A stretch of DNA of 64,000 bases. Origin: Tubulanus polymorphus (Eukaryota; Animalia; Nemertea). Below, piece by piece: positions 1 to 11,682 of this stretch. Position 1 is the stretch's first letter. Each line of letters opens with the position of its first letter. Where the stretch lies: NCBI RefSeq assembly GCF_964204645.1, contig NC_134030.1, positions 124,001 through 188,000 of the forward strand, given 5' to 3'. The notes beneath the pieces are model-generated. The model searched no databases, was not told where the DNA came from, and was given only the letters and a program-made list of their open reading frames with translations. The translations under genes were made by a program, and so were the position numbers.

Positions 1-85
1 TCATTAGTCCATCGAGTGGTATCCCCTCATTGAACGAAGTCCCCCTGAATGAAAAGAGGGTGATTGGTCTAATTGAAAGGCTTAC

Positions 86-177
86 CCGAACCGTACAGGA
101 CCTGTAGCTTGTTGTAATTCTATTACATCTTGATTTATCAGTATTTCATGCGCGTCCTCTGATAGTGTCTGCTCTTG
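86..177 (-). CDS. ATP6V0A1: V-ATPase a alternative exon B ([31 protein letters not shown])
   Basis: TAG acceptor, GTAAG donor, 92 nt open frame, same phases (0 to 2) as exon A, ends in RFG. Confidence 0.75.
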
Positions 178-941
178 CTAATAATAGCAACAAAAATATA
201 TATATATATATATATACCGCTAGCGAGCGATCAATAATATTGATTATTGTGGTAGTGTGTCAGGGTACGGGTAGGTGGCGCATGCTGCTATAATCTCTTA
301 AACTAACACCGGGTATAAATGTAGATGTTCTGGTGTTTTCTATATTGTTAGAACACACATAAAAAACGTGATTTATATTTTACTCCAGGATTATTGTTTA
401 TAGTGCGTAAAGAAATGAATTATAAAATTAATTGAATTTTAATAATCAGAAAAAAATGTCAACCACCGAAAAAAACGAAGCACAATTTAAAACAATCATT
501 CACTCCCTCCCCTCCTCCTCCTGACCCCCTCCCTCATAACACTCCTTCCTCCCTTCTGACACTCCCTCCTGACACTCCCTCCTCCCTCAATATATCAGTG
601 TGATACTTATACACAGGCAGGTGGGGCGCCATCTACAGTCGATGTTTATAATTAATTTGCTCCTCACCCGAGACGTAACGCTTGTCCACCGGCGCGTAAA
701 CCTTCCTCGCCTAGCAACCCGACATTCTCTTCAGTCATTGTTGGATCGTGCATTGCCTGATGATGTAATTCAGCCTAGTGTGAACAAACATGGCAACCCC
801 CGTTTATTAATCAACAATCTCTGTTATATATTTGACCCGTCCCTACAGCTTACTGTCTCACTGTGAGAGTCAGTGTCAGTGAGTGAGTGAGTGGTGCATT
901 TAAAAACACATGCAAAACATTATACAACAACTCACACTAAT

Positions 942-992
<51 letters not shown>

Positions 993-3591
993 ATATATCA
1001 GTTTGAAATACCAGATATGGCAGTTTGAGATATCAGTTCAAAATATCAGATATATCAGTTTTGTAGACATGTATTGGATACGTATTGCACTTAGAAATAT
1101 CAGATATATTCGTTATAAATATCAAATGGACACTGAAGATGTCTATTAGTTCATTAGCTAGCATTAAGTGTTAAACAACTTCAGGTTTAAATCAAGTCCC
1201 AAGTTTTTTTGGTGCATGAGAAAACAGTCACTAAATAAAGCAAGAAATGGTTAAAAGACATGAATATGTACAAAGCAGATACAAATATTAATATATATAT
1301 ATATAAATACATAAGCAATGAACCAAATAAACCATCACGATCCAGTTACACACTGTTCCGAATTACGAATTAACTCATTAAAAATGAAGAGTTAACTCTT
1401 TAAACTCTTTTAACTGTGGAACTGGAACCTGAGAAATAAACCACTAATATAAATATTATACAAATTATCATAATTCAATTGATTTTATTTAAATTTGTTA
1501 TAATTAAAGGTTATAGATGTTACAAACCTTTAGAAACAGAGTTTAGAGAATTCAGTGAAATATAAAATAGAAACACCAGAACATTGACAACTAAGAGGCT
1601 GATAATGGATTATCAATAAGCTACTGAGGGATTATCCGTGTATCGATGACAGGATTATCCGTGTATTGATGACAGGATTATCCGTGTATCCATGACAGGA
1701 TTATCCATGTATCGATGACAGGATTATCCATGTATCGATGACAGGATTATCCGTGTATCGATGATAGGATTATCCATGTATCGATGACAGGATTATCCAT
1801 GTAACGATGACAGGATTATCCATGTATCGATGACAGGATTATCCGTGTATCGATGACAGGATTATCCGTGTATCGATGACAGGATTATCCGTGTATCGAT
1901 GACAGAATTATCCATGTATCGATGACAGAATTATCCGTGTATCGATGACAGGATTATCCGTGTGTCCATGACAGGATTATCCATGTATCGATGACAGGAT
2001 TATCCGTGTATCCATGACAGGATTATCCGTGTGTCCATGACAGGATTATCCGTGTATCCATGACAGGATTATCCACGTATCCATGACAGGATGATAGTCT
2101 GTGATAAACACATGGTTGATTTCTATGTGAGTGATGCACAAATTATAGCAGACAAAACAACAATGAGAGCGAGATTAGTGAATACAGGTGCATAGTAACC
2201 CCCGGTAACAGAGCGCAGTAACCCCCGGTAACAGATGGATGGAGGTTGCCATTAGTGTTTACACAACAATCTTCATTTCATTCGATCAATATAAAACTGG
2301 TCAATTATCATCAATAACTGGTCAATAATCATCAATAACTGGTCAATTAATCATAATAATAAATATATAATGAATTATTATTCAGGTATTGTTAAATAGT
2401 TTAAGATAACGCGATGCCCCCTAGTGGCTGCTCACCTCATCGAAGAACGACTGCGTTTTACGAAGGATGTGTTTGAGTTCGGTTAATTCTAGGAAATTAC
2501 GTTTTAAAGCTTCAGCGTTCGAATTTACTTCCTTCATCTCGTTCTCTAACTTCTCAAACGTTGCCTGAAATAGTCACCAGATGGAGCTAGTTATTCACAC
2601 TCTCTGAGAGAGGTAACAGGAGGTTGTGTAAGGAGGTAAAACCGACCTCTAAATCGATCATCTCTCTTGGAGCCGGAGCATCCGGATTATCACCAGTATC
2701 TAACATTGGAATTTCATCTTTTTTGATTTCCTTCTCCAAAAATCCTGCAAATTAAACACACAATAAAACAATGTCTCACAGTGTATTACAATGTACTGAA
2801 TTGTGTTACACTGAAATACATTGTATTACAGTGTATCAAAGTGTAATACACTATAGTACACTGTATCATACTGTATTACAATGTAGTTAAGTGTTTTACA
2901 CCGTACAACAATGTAACACAGCGTATTACAGCGTATTACAATGTAATGCAGTGTATTACAGTGTACTACAATATATTACAAACCGTGCAATACACCGCAC
3001 CATAGCATATACCACTGCATTACAGTGTGATACAGTCCGCTACAGTGTGTTACACTGTAATACAGTGTAATAAAGTCCACAACCGTGTAATACAGTGTAA
3101 TACAGTGTAATACAGTCCACAACAGTGTAATACAGTCCACTACAGTGTAATACAGTGTAATACAGCGTAATAAAGTCCACTACAGTGTAATACAGTGTAA
3201 TACAGTCCACAACAGTGTAATACAGTCCACTACAGTGTAATACAGCGTAATAAAGTCCACTACACTGTAAAACAGCGTAATGCAGTCCACTTCAGTGTAA
3301 TACAGTGTAATAACTTACTAAGTTTTCGTTCCATTTCGTCACATCTTCGAACTTCATTGACAAATTTACGTTGAAACGCGTTGACGTCAGGATTCAACTG
3401 AAATCATACACACAATCATTACACGTCAAACCCTGCGAGGGAGACACACATACAGCGGCGCCATCTATACTTACATCACGGAACTGAACAAGACCTAATT
3501 CACCTAGTTCCGATACACAAGCGTAGGCTGCTTCTGATTGGAGGAAAAGTTGACATAAAGTCATCTCTTCGCTACGGAATAATGAACCCAT
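86..3591 (-). CDS. ATP6V0A1: V-type H+-ATPase V0 subunit a (116 kDa), 5' coding exons; gene continues beyond the left edge. Exons 3591-3475, 3397-3319, 2744-2647, 2564-2436, then 756-668 or 177-86
   Basis: Spliced translation [141 protein letters not shown] is the recognisable N-terminus of subunit a. All introns are GT-AG with compatible phases (exons of 117, 79, 98 and 129 nt). Confidence 0.97.
668..756 (-). CDS. ATP6V0A1: V-ATPase a alternative exon A ([30 protein letters not shown])
   Basis: CAG acceptor, GTGAG donor, 89 nt, phase 0 to 2. Ends in RLG, as expected before the conserved FVAGVI segment. Confidence 0.85.
1629..2093. repeat. 23-bp minisatellite (GGATTATCCGTGTATCGATGACA)n, intronic
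   Basis: About 20 near-identical tandem units read directly. Confidence 0.95.
2778..3312. repeat. Degenerate 10-bp tandem repeat (TACAGTGTAA and related) in a V-ATPase intron
   Basis: Recurrent TACAGTGTAA / TACAGTCCAC units. Confidence 0.85.
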
Positions 3592-3699
3592 CTTTCTACT
3601 TCCTCCCGTCTGAAATATAATTACAAGTGTTTATCTTATTGATTATAGAGGGCGCAACTGAGGGGAAGGGGTTTTTCATGACGCTTGACCCTAGTCTGT

Positions 3700-3855
3700 G
3701 AGATTCTAGTTAAATAGTAGTAAAAATTCTAGTGAAATTCAGCTAAAAGGCTATTAAAATTTTAGTGAATTCCAGTGAAATTATAGTTAAATTCTAGTGA
3801 AATTCTAGTGAAATTTTAGTTAAATTCTAGTGAAATTCTAGTGAAATTTTAGTGC
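3700..3855. repeat. 11-bp tandem repeat (AAATTCTAGTG)n
   Basis: Direct reading. Confidence 0.8.
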
Positions 3856-4314
3856 GTCTGTTCTAACTTTTCTCCTACAAAAAAAACCTCTAAAATGTAA
3901 TCGTGAAATTCATTGAATGTTGGGACGTGATCAATAATACAGCAGCAGACGGTTGCCGCTGACGACCGGGTCGATACAGTATATGGTAGCTATTGATGCC
4001 GATTATATAGTTACCATGGTTACCTCTATAATAGAGTTAATTACGTCTACCACCAACAATACAATAAAAATCAATAGAATACATTTCAATAACCACGACA
4101 ACAACGAACGCTCGGCACTCAGAGCGAGTACACGCTTTATAACGGTATCACAGAGCAGCACACCGGGCACGGGCACACGCACACCGGGCACGGGCACACC
4201 ACCAGGTAGATCACACGGGTATAGACAGGCACACACACACGGGCACAGGGATTTATCACAGCAGAATAACTTTTTAAACCCATGAACCAGATTTCAACCA
4301 TATTCAACCCACAG

Positions 4315-4382
4315 AAGCAGCCGCAGCAGCAGCAGCCGCAGCAGCAGCAGCAGCACCAGCAGTAGCAGCAGCAGCAGCAGCC

Positions 4383-4433
<51 letters not shown>

Positions 4434-4822
4434 CCAGCAGCAGCACCAGCAGCAGCAGCAGCTACAGCAGCACCAGCCGCAGCAGCAGCAGCAGCAGCCG
4501 CAGCAGCAGCACCAGCAGTAGCAGTAGCAGCAGCCGCAGCAGCAGCAGCCGCAGCAGCAGCAGCAGCAGCAGTAGCAGCAGCCGCAGCAGCAGCCGCAGC
4601 AGCAGCAGCAGCACCAGCAGTAGCAGCAGCCGCAGCAACAGCAACAGCAGCAGCAGCAGCAGCAGCTGCAGCAGCACCAGCCGCAGCAGCAGCAGCAGCA
4701 GCCGCAGCAGCAGCACCAGCAGTAGCAGCAGCACCAGCCGCAGCAGTAGCAGCAGCAGCAGCCGCAGCAGCAGCAGCAGCACCAGCAGCAGCAGCCGCAG
4801 CAGCACCAGCAGCAGCAGCCGC
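4315..4822. repeat. Long imperfect (CAG)n trinucleotide tract, intronic
   Basis: About 500 bp of CAG with CCG/TAG/CAC interruptions; a smaller tract lies at ~5087-5146. Confidence 0.95.
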
Positions 4823-6718
4823 CAAAAGTAATAGACCACAGCTGCACAAACTACCGATCCAGAATATAGAGATTATAGTGAAACAAGCAAAAAACAGAGG
4901 CATCAATTGGTGTAAATGAAAAGAATATGATTAAAGTTACCCCTGGCAAGTGAATATCAGAGTGAACCCTGACCCCTATTAAAGCGACCCCTTTAGGCGG
5001 CAAAGAGAACTAGGGAACCATTCAACATTATTTGTGATAAGAAAAAAATAGTGAACAAAGCAATGATTGAATTATACAAAGCGTAGCCAGCACCAGAAGC
5101 AGCAGCAGCTGCAGCAGCAGCAGCAGCAGCAGCAGCAGCTGCAGCACATGCCAATTGGACATGTCCTCGACACTCACATACCAGGGTTTGCGTTACCAGC
5201 TGATGCTGCCACCTGGGTGGGTGAGGATACCAAAAAACATGATCCAATTGACCCTCACATACCAGGGGCAGAAACAAACCGACAACGCATAAAGTAGCCC
5301 CTGGGTAGTGAGTTATAACTTGTAAACGTAAATAATGAAATGTGAAAGATATATTTGAAATAAAATTCACTACTCGTAATAAATCCCTGGATGGAGAGAA
5401 AACAGACCGATGGACATATTCAACTGGCAACTTTAAAAATCATATTATAATAATTATCAGAATAATAATCCAATACATTAATAATTAATTTAAATAATTA
5501 TATATAATGAACTTACATCGAGAATATGAACGGAATAATCCATGATTTTTGTTTATTGAATTCTGTAGTTAAACATTTATTATATATATATATATACAAT
5601 TAATCATAACAACATAATACACGCATTCACACATAGACGGCGCCACCGACCATGTACAGAGTGACACAGGGGGCGCCACTGTATAAAGGGAAAGATTTTC
5701 ACACCTTCTAACGAGGAACGATGATGATGATGATGATGAATTCTCGACGGAGTAGTACAGGTAGGTGATACTAGGGGGCGTTAGGTTACAAAGCAAATAT
5801 TGAAGCAAATATGACGAGATTTAAATATAAACAGCTGAGAAAATAAATACAACATTGACAGAGACGGGGGAGAAGGGGAGAGGGAGAAGGGGGGACAGGC
5901 TGTCACTCCTCTATTAGGTATCTGTGTAGATAGCTATCACCCATCTATTACTGTATTTAGACAGAGGGGGAAGGGAAGAGGGGGAAGGGGAGAGGTGAAG
6001 GGAAGAGGGGTGACAGGCTATCACTCCTCTATCAGGTATCTGCCTAGATAGCTATCACTCCTCTGTTAGGTATCTACATAGATACCTATCACCCCTCCTG
6101 CCTGAAACAGCTGTGACTTTTATTTATAAAATCAATATCAACAATTTGAACATCTGTTACAAATACTAGCATGCCAGAGCAAGTGTCACCAGACACACCC
6201 TCTTCCTATCTCTCCCCTCTCCCTTTCTAATCTCCCTCTCTATTTCTCCGTTTCTTTGAACCCCTCCCTTTTCTTGACTCGCTCTTTCCCGCTCCCCCTC
6301 TCTCTCCCCTCCTCGTCTTTCTCTGCCCTCTCTCCCTCGACCTTCCTCCGCCGGGACAGATTTAAATGAAGCTGTGTTTCATATATCTTTATCCGGTTCC
6401 AGCGTCTGTTTAAACAGATGATTCTATTAGCGAGCAAGGGGAGGGTCGGGGTTAGCGAAACTAACATGATTCACTGATCCACGAGTGAGTGAGGGGGAGG
6501 GGAGAGCTACAGACTCTCACAATACGACGGTCGACAACCAGAAACTAGTGAGCTGATGAGGAGCAGTGATTCTCTGACACCAACTGACAGTGACAGTAGT
6601 CAGTGTCTCCTGTCAGTGACAGTGTCATCACCAGCGCTAAAAACATCATTCTCTTCATCTCAACAATTTCATGCACATTTCATTCAATTATTTCGCTATT
6701 CTATGAATCAATTCTTAC

Positions 6719-6860
6719 CGCTTAACGTCTCTAAAATTGGTCTCTTTTCTCTTGTTTCGGGGTTTGGTCTATCTTCTTTTACTTCCGGGTTCTTGTCATT
6801 ACAAAATGGCGGCGATTGATGTCAGTCACATGACTGATTATCGGTCACATGACCCGCATG
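6719..6860 (-). promoter_or_regulatory. Putative V-ATPase a promoter and non-coding exon 1 with two GTCATGTGAC M-box/CLEAR-like E-boxes
   Basis: GTCACATGAC at 6825-6834 and 6844-6853; ETS-like ACTTCCGG at 6781; YY1-like AAAATGGCGG at ~6803. A minus-strand donor CG|GTAAGA at 6719/6718 can join the acceptor at 3609 upstream of the ATG. Confidence 0.7.
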
Positions 6861-7018
6861 AATTACTCACACAAATTGAGAACTAGAAACTGAATTGACG
6901 ATAATCAGGCGGGCTGTCACGCGCCGGGCGGGCTGTCGCACGTGCCTGGTTTGTCAATTGTCACAGATTTGACGACCGTCTTCGAAAAGAAATTTCATTC
7001 GAGCGGAATAGTTATAAC

Positions 7019-7091
7019 GGGGGGCTAGCTCAGATGGTAGAGCGCTCGCTTAGCATGCGAGAGGTACCGGGATCGATGCCCGGGTCCTCCA
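7019..7091 (+). tRNA. tRNA-Ala, anticodon AGC
   Basis: 73-nt cloverleaf GGGGGGCTAGCTCAGATGGTAGAGCGCTCGCTTAGCATGCGAGAGGTACCGGGATCGATGCCCGGGTCCTCCA with the G3:U70 pair; T-run terminator follows. Confidence 0.97.
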
Positions 7092-7512
7092 AATTTTATT
7101 TTTTCTTGCCTGGACACTGAACCACTGTCTTGGACCAACGAGTCCAGCCCAGATTCTCTGCCGGAACAAATGTATTTTCATTCGATCATTTGGGATAGAA
7201 AACTAGCCCCCATCACCCCGCTGCAGGCGGGTGCCGGGGCCGTTGGCCCGATCAGCCAGAGTGAGGAGGGATTCGACTGGAGGCTGCGTCTCCGTTCGCA
7301 GACGAACTGCTTTCCTTCAGTTGTACGGTAACTGGTAAATGGTCCGGACCGGGCGCGTGTGTTTAGTGGTGGCCACGGCAGACACGATATATCAGCTGAT
7401 TATCAGCTGATTAATGACCTAATGAACCAGTAACGACTGTATTTACAGCAGCGGATCAGGTGTCCATGCAGTAGAACTAGTTATAATTAATACTGACTGA
7501 GACATTAAGACA

Positions 7513-9034
7513 ATGGATCCGGTTAACTGCGGCCGCGGGGTCGTGTTCAGTGTTTGGATGATACTGATGACTGTCACACGAACTGCTGTAGGACTCGGGT
7601 TCGACACCGGCCGTGCTAACAATGAAACATTCATCCCGGCGGTATCCGTTATCAGGGCAACAATTGTTAAAACTGAGGTGAGGTCCGGTTATCGATAGGG
7701 TGGGAAGGAGGAGGCCTGGGTTGGTTCTCGAGGGCGCCTAGGATCGAGAGAGAGAGAGTACTGGAGGAGGCACCCAAATATGAACTGAATATCTTGAAAG
7801 TTCATGACATGAGATCGTCGCACGGGGGAAGGAGTGGTGGGGGGGGGGGGGTGACTCTTTCACTATACATTGTCCAAATCAGCGGGACCATATCCTCAGT
7901 TCCCCAAAAACCCACCAGTTTTTTGCCCTATTATTGTTTGTTTCTTTAACTAAAACGCTTTAATTAAAACGGATTTAAAGATTACAGGAAAAAATGGAAC
8001 TGATTTGGTTTCGCTGATATAGGAATCGCAGTAGTATGTATAATTTGTTGATCTAATTAGATCGATAATAGATATCGACCCTGGATTGACCTATAATCAT
8101 TTAAAGACTATTTGCACAACAATTCTAGGATGTTGTAGGTCTCAGCACGAGGCAGTAACCAGATTGGAATAACGAATATATTCCAGCACAGTCTCGTGTG
8201 GCAACCGAGCAATAAATTATCAAATTTAGTAAAATAGTTTTGTTTAAATTGTTCAAGTTATCGAAATAAAACATTATAAAAGTTCACGATAGTGGGATTC
8301 TCTCCTCATTATAAAAGTTAGGCAAAAGTATCCATATACGCGTGTCGCGGATATCCTGACGAAAGCAACCTGACCCCAATTACCCTAACCCTAGGTCGTT
8401 CGTAAACCTAACCATAGAGGTCGCTGATAACCCTAACCCTAGCAAGACTCGAACTCGGCACCTCAAGCATGCCAGGCGAGCATGCTAACCACTAGACCAT
8501 AGACCAGTAGTGATTGACAAAATCGTGAGTTTGTCTGGTGAAGTGTAGTGACCAGTTATGGTTACGACTGGTTGGCAACCGTCTGACGGGGACCCACTAA
8601 AATTGACCTCCCTGCCCCAGACCCTATAGAACTGGAGGATTAGTTTAATCCAAACCGGGGCCTCCAAGTCTCAAGGCCAGAACTCAGCAAGAGGCTGAGG
8701 CTTTTTACTGGAGTCTACATCCAGCAGTGCGTCCTGCAAATTTTTTCGATGTCTTATTTTTGGCCGTGGAATTGGGAACATGGGACTCAAACTAACAGTT
8801 TATAACCGTGTATAATTTCAGTTGATGTCACGCCACCTATTATCGTGGGGAGGAAGTTTTGTAGTTCTAATGGTTGTCCTGTCAACAATTCTCATCATCT
8901 ATTGGCTGAAGAGGACGCAAAATCGTCATAGAAACCACGGCATTTCAACAATCGCAGCCGTTAACGACATGGATTATTATGATTACATCATGGCGCAAGA
9001 AAAAGAGAAAATCAGGAGAATGGAAACGATTTGA
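7513..9034 (+). CDS. Uncharacterised small type-I membrane protein (~125 aa); exons 7513-7677 and 8822-9034
   Basis: Hydrophobic N-terminal signal-like segment and an NET sequon. Phase-0 GAG|GTGAGG donor matches phase-0 TTTCAG acceptor. TM helix SFVVLMVVLSTILIIYWL is followed by KR and a Tyr-rich tail DYYDYI. Confidence 0.65.
8380..8570 (-). mobile_element. tRNA-derived SINE-like dispersed repeat, copy 1
   Basis: Minus strand has A box TGGTCTAGTGG, an Ala-like anticodon arm and B box GTTCGAGTC, then TTAGGG-like tracts. Homologous to 48410-48610. Confidence 0.65.
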
Positions 9035-9517
9035 ATTGTGGATCGAAATTAGTGAGAAATGGATTCAGAATATTAGGAACCAAGCCACTCCGGATGCGAT
9101 GGTCTGCTCCAGGTCGGGGATGGGCTGCTCCACTGATTGAAATCGTGAAAGCGATCACCGAGAATGAAAAAATCAAAATAACCATTAAAATAAACACGGA
9201 AGTTTTGGACACTGGCAAGAACTTTATTTACTTTTTGAATTTATCATAGAAAAAACAAGGCATTTATTTCTACAAGAGAGACTTAAAAAATACGGCACAA
9301 GCAGACAATACAGGCTAGCATAGCAGACGCGTGACGTCACTGCTCGTCACAGCGGTTTACACACAGACTATACTAATAATAAATAACCCGCGTGAACTGT
9401 TGACGGACTAAATAAAAATAATAATAACTAAAAAAAAGAAGAAAACTGTCGTATTTAATACAAATGTATACAAGAGCACAGAGAAAAATCGATACAGCAC
9501 CTCATATTCATATATAC

Positions 9518-9931
9518 ATCCTAACATGCCAGAGCCGCCTCTAGAGGTACCCTTTACTGTTCTAGGGTACTGTATAAACCCTAACATGCCAGAGCCGCCT
9601 CTAGAGGTACCCTTTACTGTTCTAGGGTACTGTATAAACCCTAACATGCCAGAGCCGCCTCTAGAGGTACCCTTTACTGTTTTAGGGTACTGTATAAACC
9701 CTAACATGCCAGAGCCGCCTCTAGAGGTACCCTTTACTGCCCTGGGGTACTGTATAAACCCTAACATGCCAGAGCCGCCTCTAGAGGTACCCTTTACTGT
9801 TCTAGGGTACTGTATAAACCCTAACATGCCAGAGCCGCCTCTAGAGGTACCCTTTACTGTTTTAGGGTACTGTATAAACCCTAACATGCCAGGGTCGCCT
9901 CTAGAGGTACCCTTTACTGCCCTGGGGTACC
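9518..9931. repeat. 60-bp minisatellite, ~7 units
   Basis: Unit AAACCCTAACATGCCAGAGCCGCCTCTAGAGGTACCCTTTACTGTTCTAGGGTACTGTAT. Confidence 0.95.
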
Positions 9932-11429
9932 ACGGGTATTAAATATATAGCTAACACGTATAAAAAAGAGTTTGCCGTAAACATGAATATTGAACTTCTG
10001 GCCCTGGATGGTAGACAAAAAAACCCACAATTTTGTAAGAGATTTAAATAAATTGAAGCTTTAAAATATGTGAACTTTTCACGAATTCTGGCTCACTGTT
10101 TTCAGTTGTAAATTACATTTCTCGTGAGGATTTTTGAAATTTCAGGATATTTATATAAACGAGGACTACTAACAATAGTGTCAGTTAATATTGGAAGCAT
10201 ACGCAAAAAGTCATTGATTTTTCTTAGCAAAAAAATATAAATGACTAAAGATGGTTTTGAATGGTTGCATTTTAACATTTCGAAAAATCTCAACAACTAA
10301 AAAAAAATGGTACAAACTATAAACAGTTTCAAATGTGACCTTTCAGACAAACACAGGCAGTTGAGGAGACAGTATGCACTATGTGTGAGACAAACATGTC
10401 TAATTAAAATCATTCAATGCCATCTTTTACAAAAAACCCTTAAAGAAGAAAATACGAAAAAAGCAAAAAATGAAAAAAAGTGAAAAAAAAAAAAATAAAA
10501 AACATTGATACATAAATTGAAAACAGGGAAACTCGTTTAATAATACAGCTGTATGCAGGGGATACACGTTGAAACTCGTTGAGTAATACAGCTGTATGCA
10601 GGGGATACATGTTGATACTCGTTTAATAATACAGCTGTATTTTTACTGCTGGTGTGAGAGATTTTACTGTTTTGGCACAAGTTAAAAAAAAAAATAAATG
10701 AAACCCAATAAAAACAAAATTCAATTCAATTAATTAATTGTATGCGTATAACTTGATTTGGATAGATTTGTATAAAAATTCAGATGAATGCAGGAGAGGG
10801 GGGAAGGGGGAGGGAGGAGGGGGAGTATCAATTCATTTAAACATCTTTCCTAGTGTCACTTTTATTTTCATTATTGCTTTTTAAAGACAGCTAATTTTTA
10901 ATCTATTCAAAACAATGGTAGCTTTATTTTAATTGTTGTTCCTTATTGTTGTATGTATTTACACAATGACAGGTTTGAACACCTTAAAATAATTTACAAT
11001 CATTTATTATTATTAATTATAGTTATTGTTATAATATTTTATATATATATGTATGTATGTATATATATATATATATATAGTTATAGTTGATTAGAATAAT
11101 AGTTATCATTATTAATATAATTAATTATAGTAATTATAGTATTAAGACATATGTAATTATAATAATAATAACGTGTTGTAAGCGTTTAAAAAGTTTATTT
11201 TTTACACATGACCGATGATTTTCATTAATTAATTAATTCGTTTAAAGGCGATGATTAATTAATTAATAAATAATCAGGGTTTCGCCCTTCGTTAAGTCGT
11301 TATTACGATGAAGGTTTTCGTAGCTTTTTTGTTTTGTACAAGAATCTAAAGACTAGGCATTTTTAAAATGGTTCCAACTTAAAAAATATAAGTTACAATT
11401 CGTTTTTTAAAATGTTCTAAGTAGTTTTA

Positions 11430-11603
<174 letters not shown>

Positions 11604-11682
11604 GACACACAACACGCGTTGAGTTTCAAATTCGAATTTATATAAACACGATTCGCGTTGTCTAGGTAACGTCGTGTTCGCG

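Noticed and set aside
1-44. Possible further V-ATPase exon after a TTTTCATTCAG acceptor
   Set aside because: Phase-0 reading hits a stop, the implied intron from exon B would be only 41 nt, and it does not encode the expected FVAGV.
4137-4906. Poly-Cys, poly-Ala and poly-Leu ORFs of 125-236 aa
   Set aside because: Three-frame read-through of a CAG/CTG tract inside a V-ATPase intron; no supporting exon structure.
7200-7330. GC-rich, potentially structured stretch after tRNA-Ala (considered snRNA, 7SK, RNase P/MRP, HDV-like ribozyme)
   Set aside because: Could not match the diagnostic motifs or build the required pairings by eye; an Rfam/Infernal search would be needed.
8378-8442. CCCTAA telomeric hexamers
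   Set aside because: Only 1-2 units at a time and part of a dispersed element; not an interstitial telomere array.
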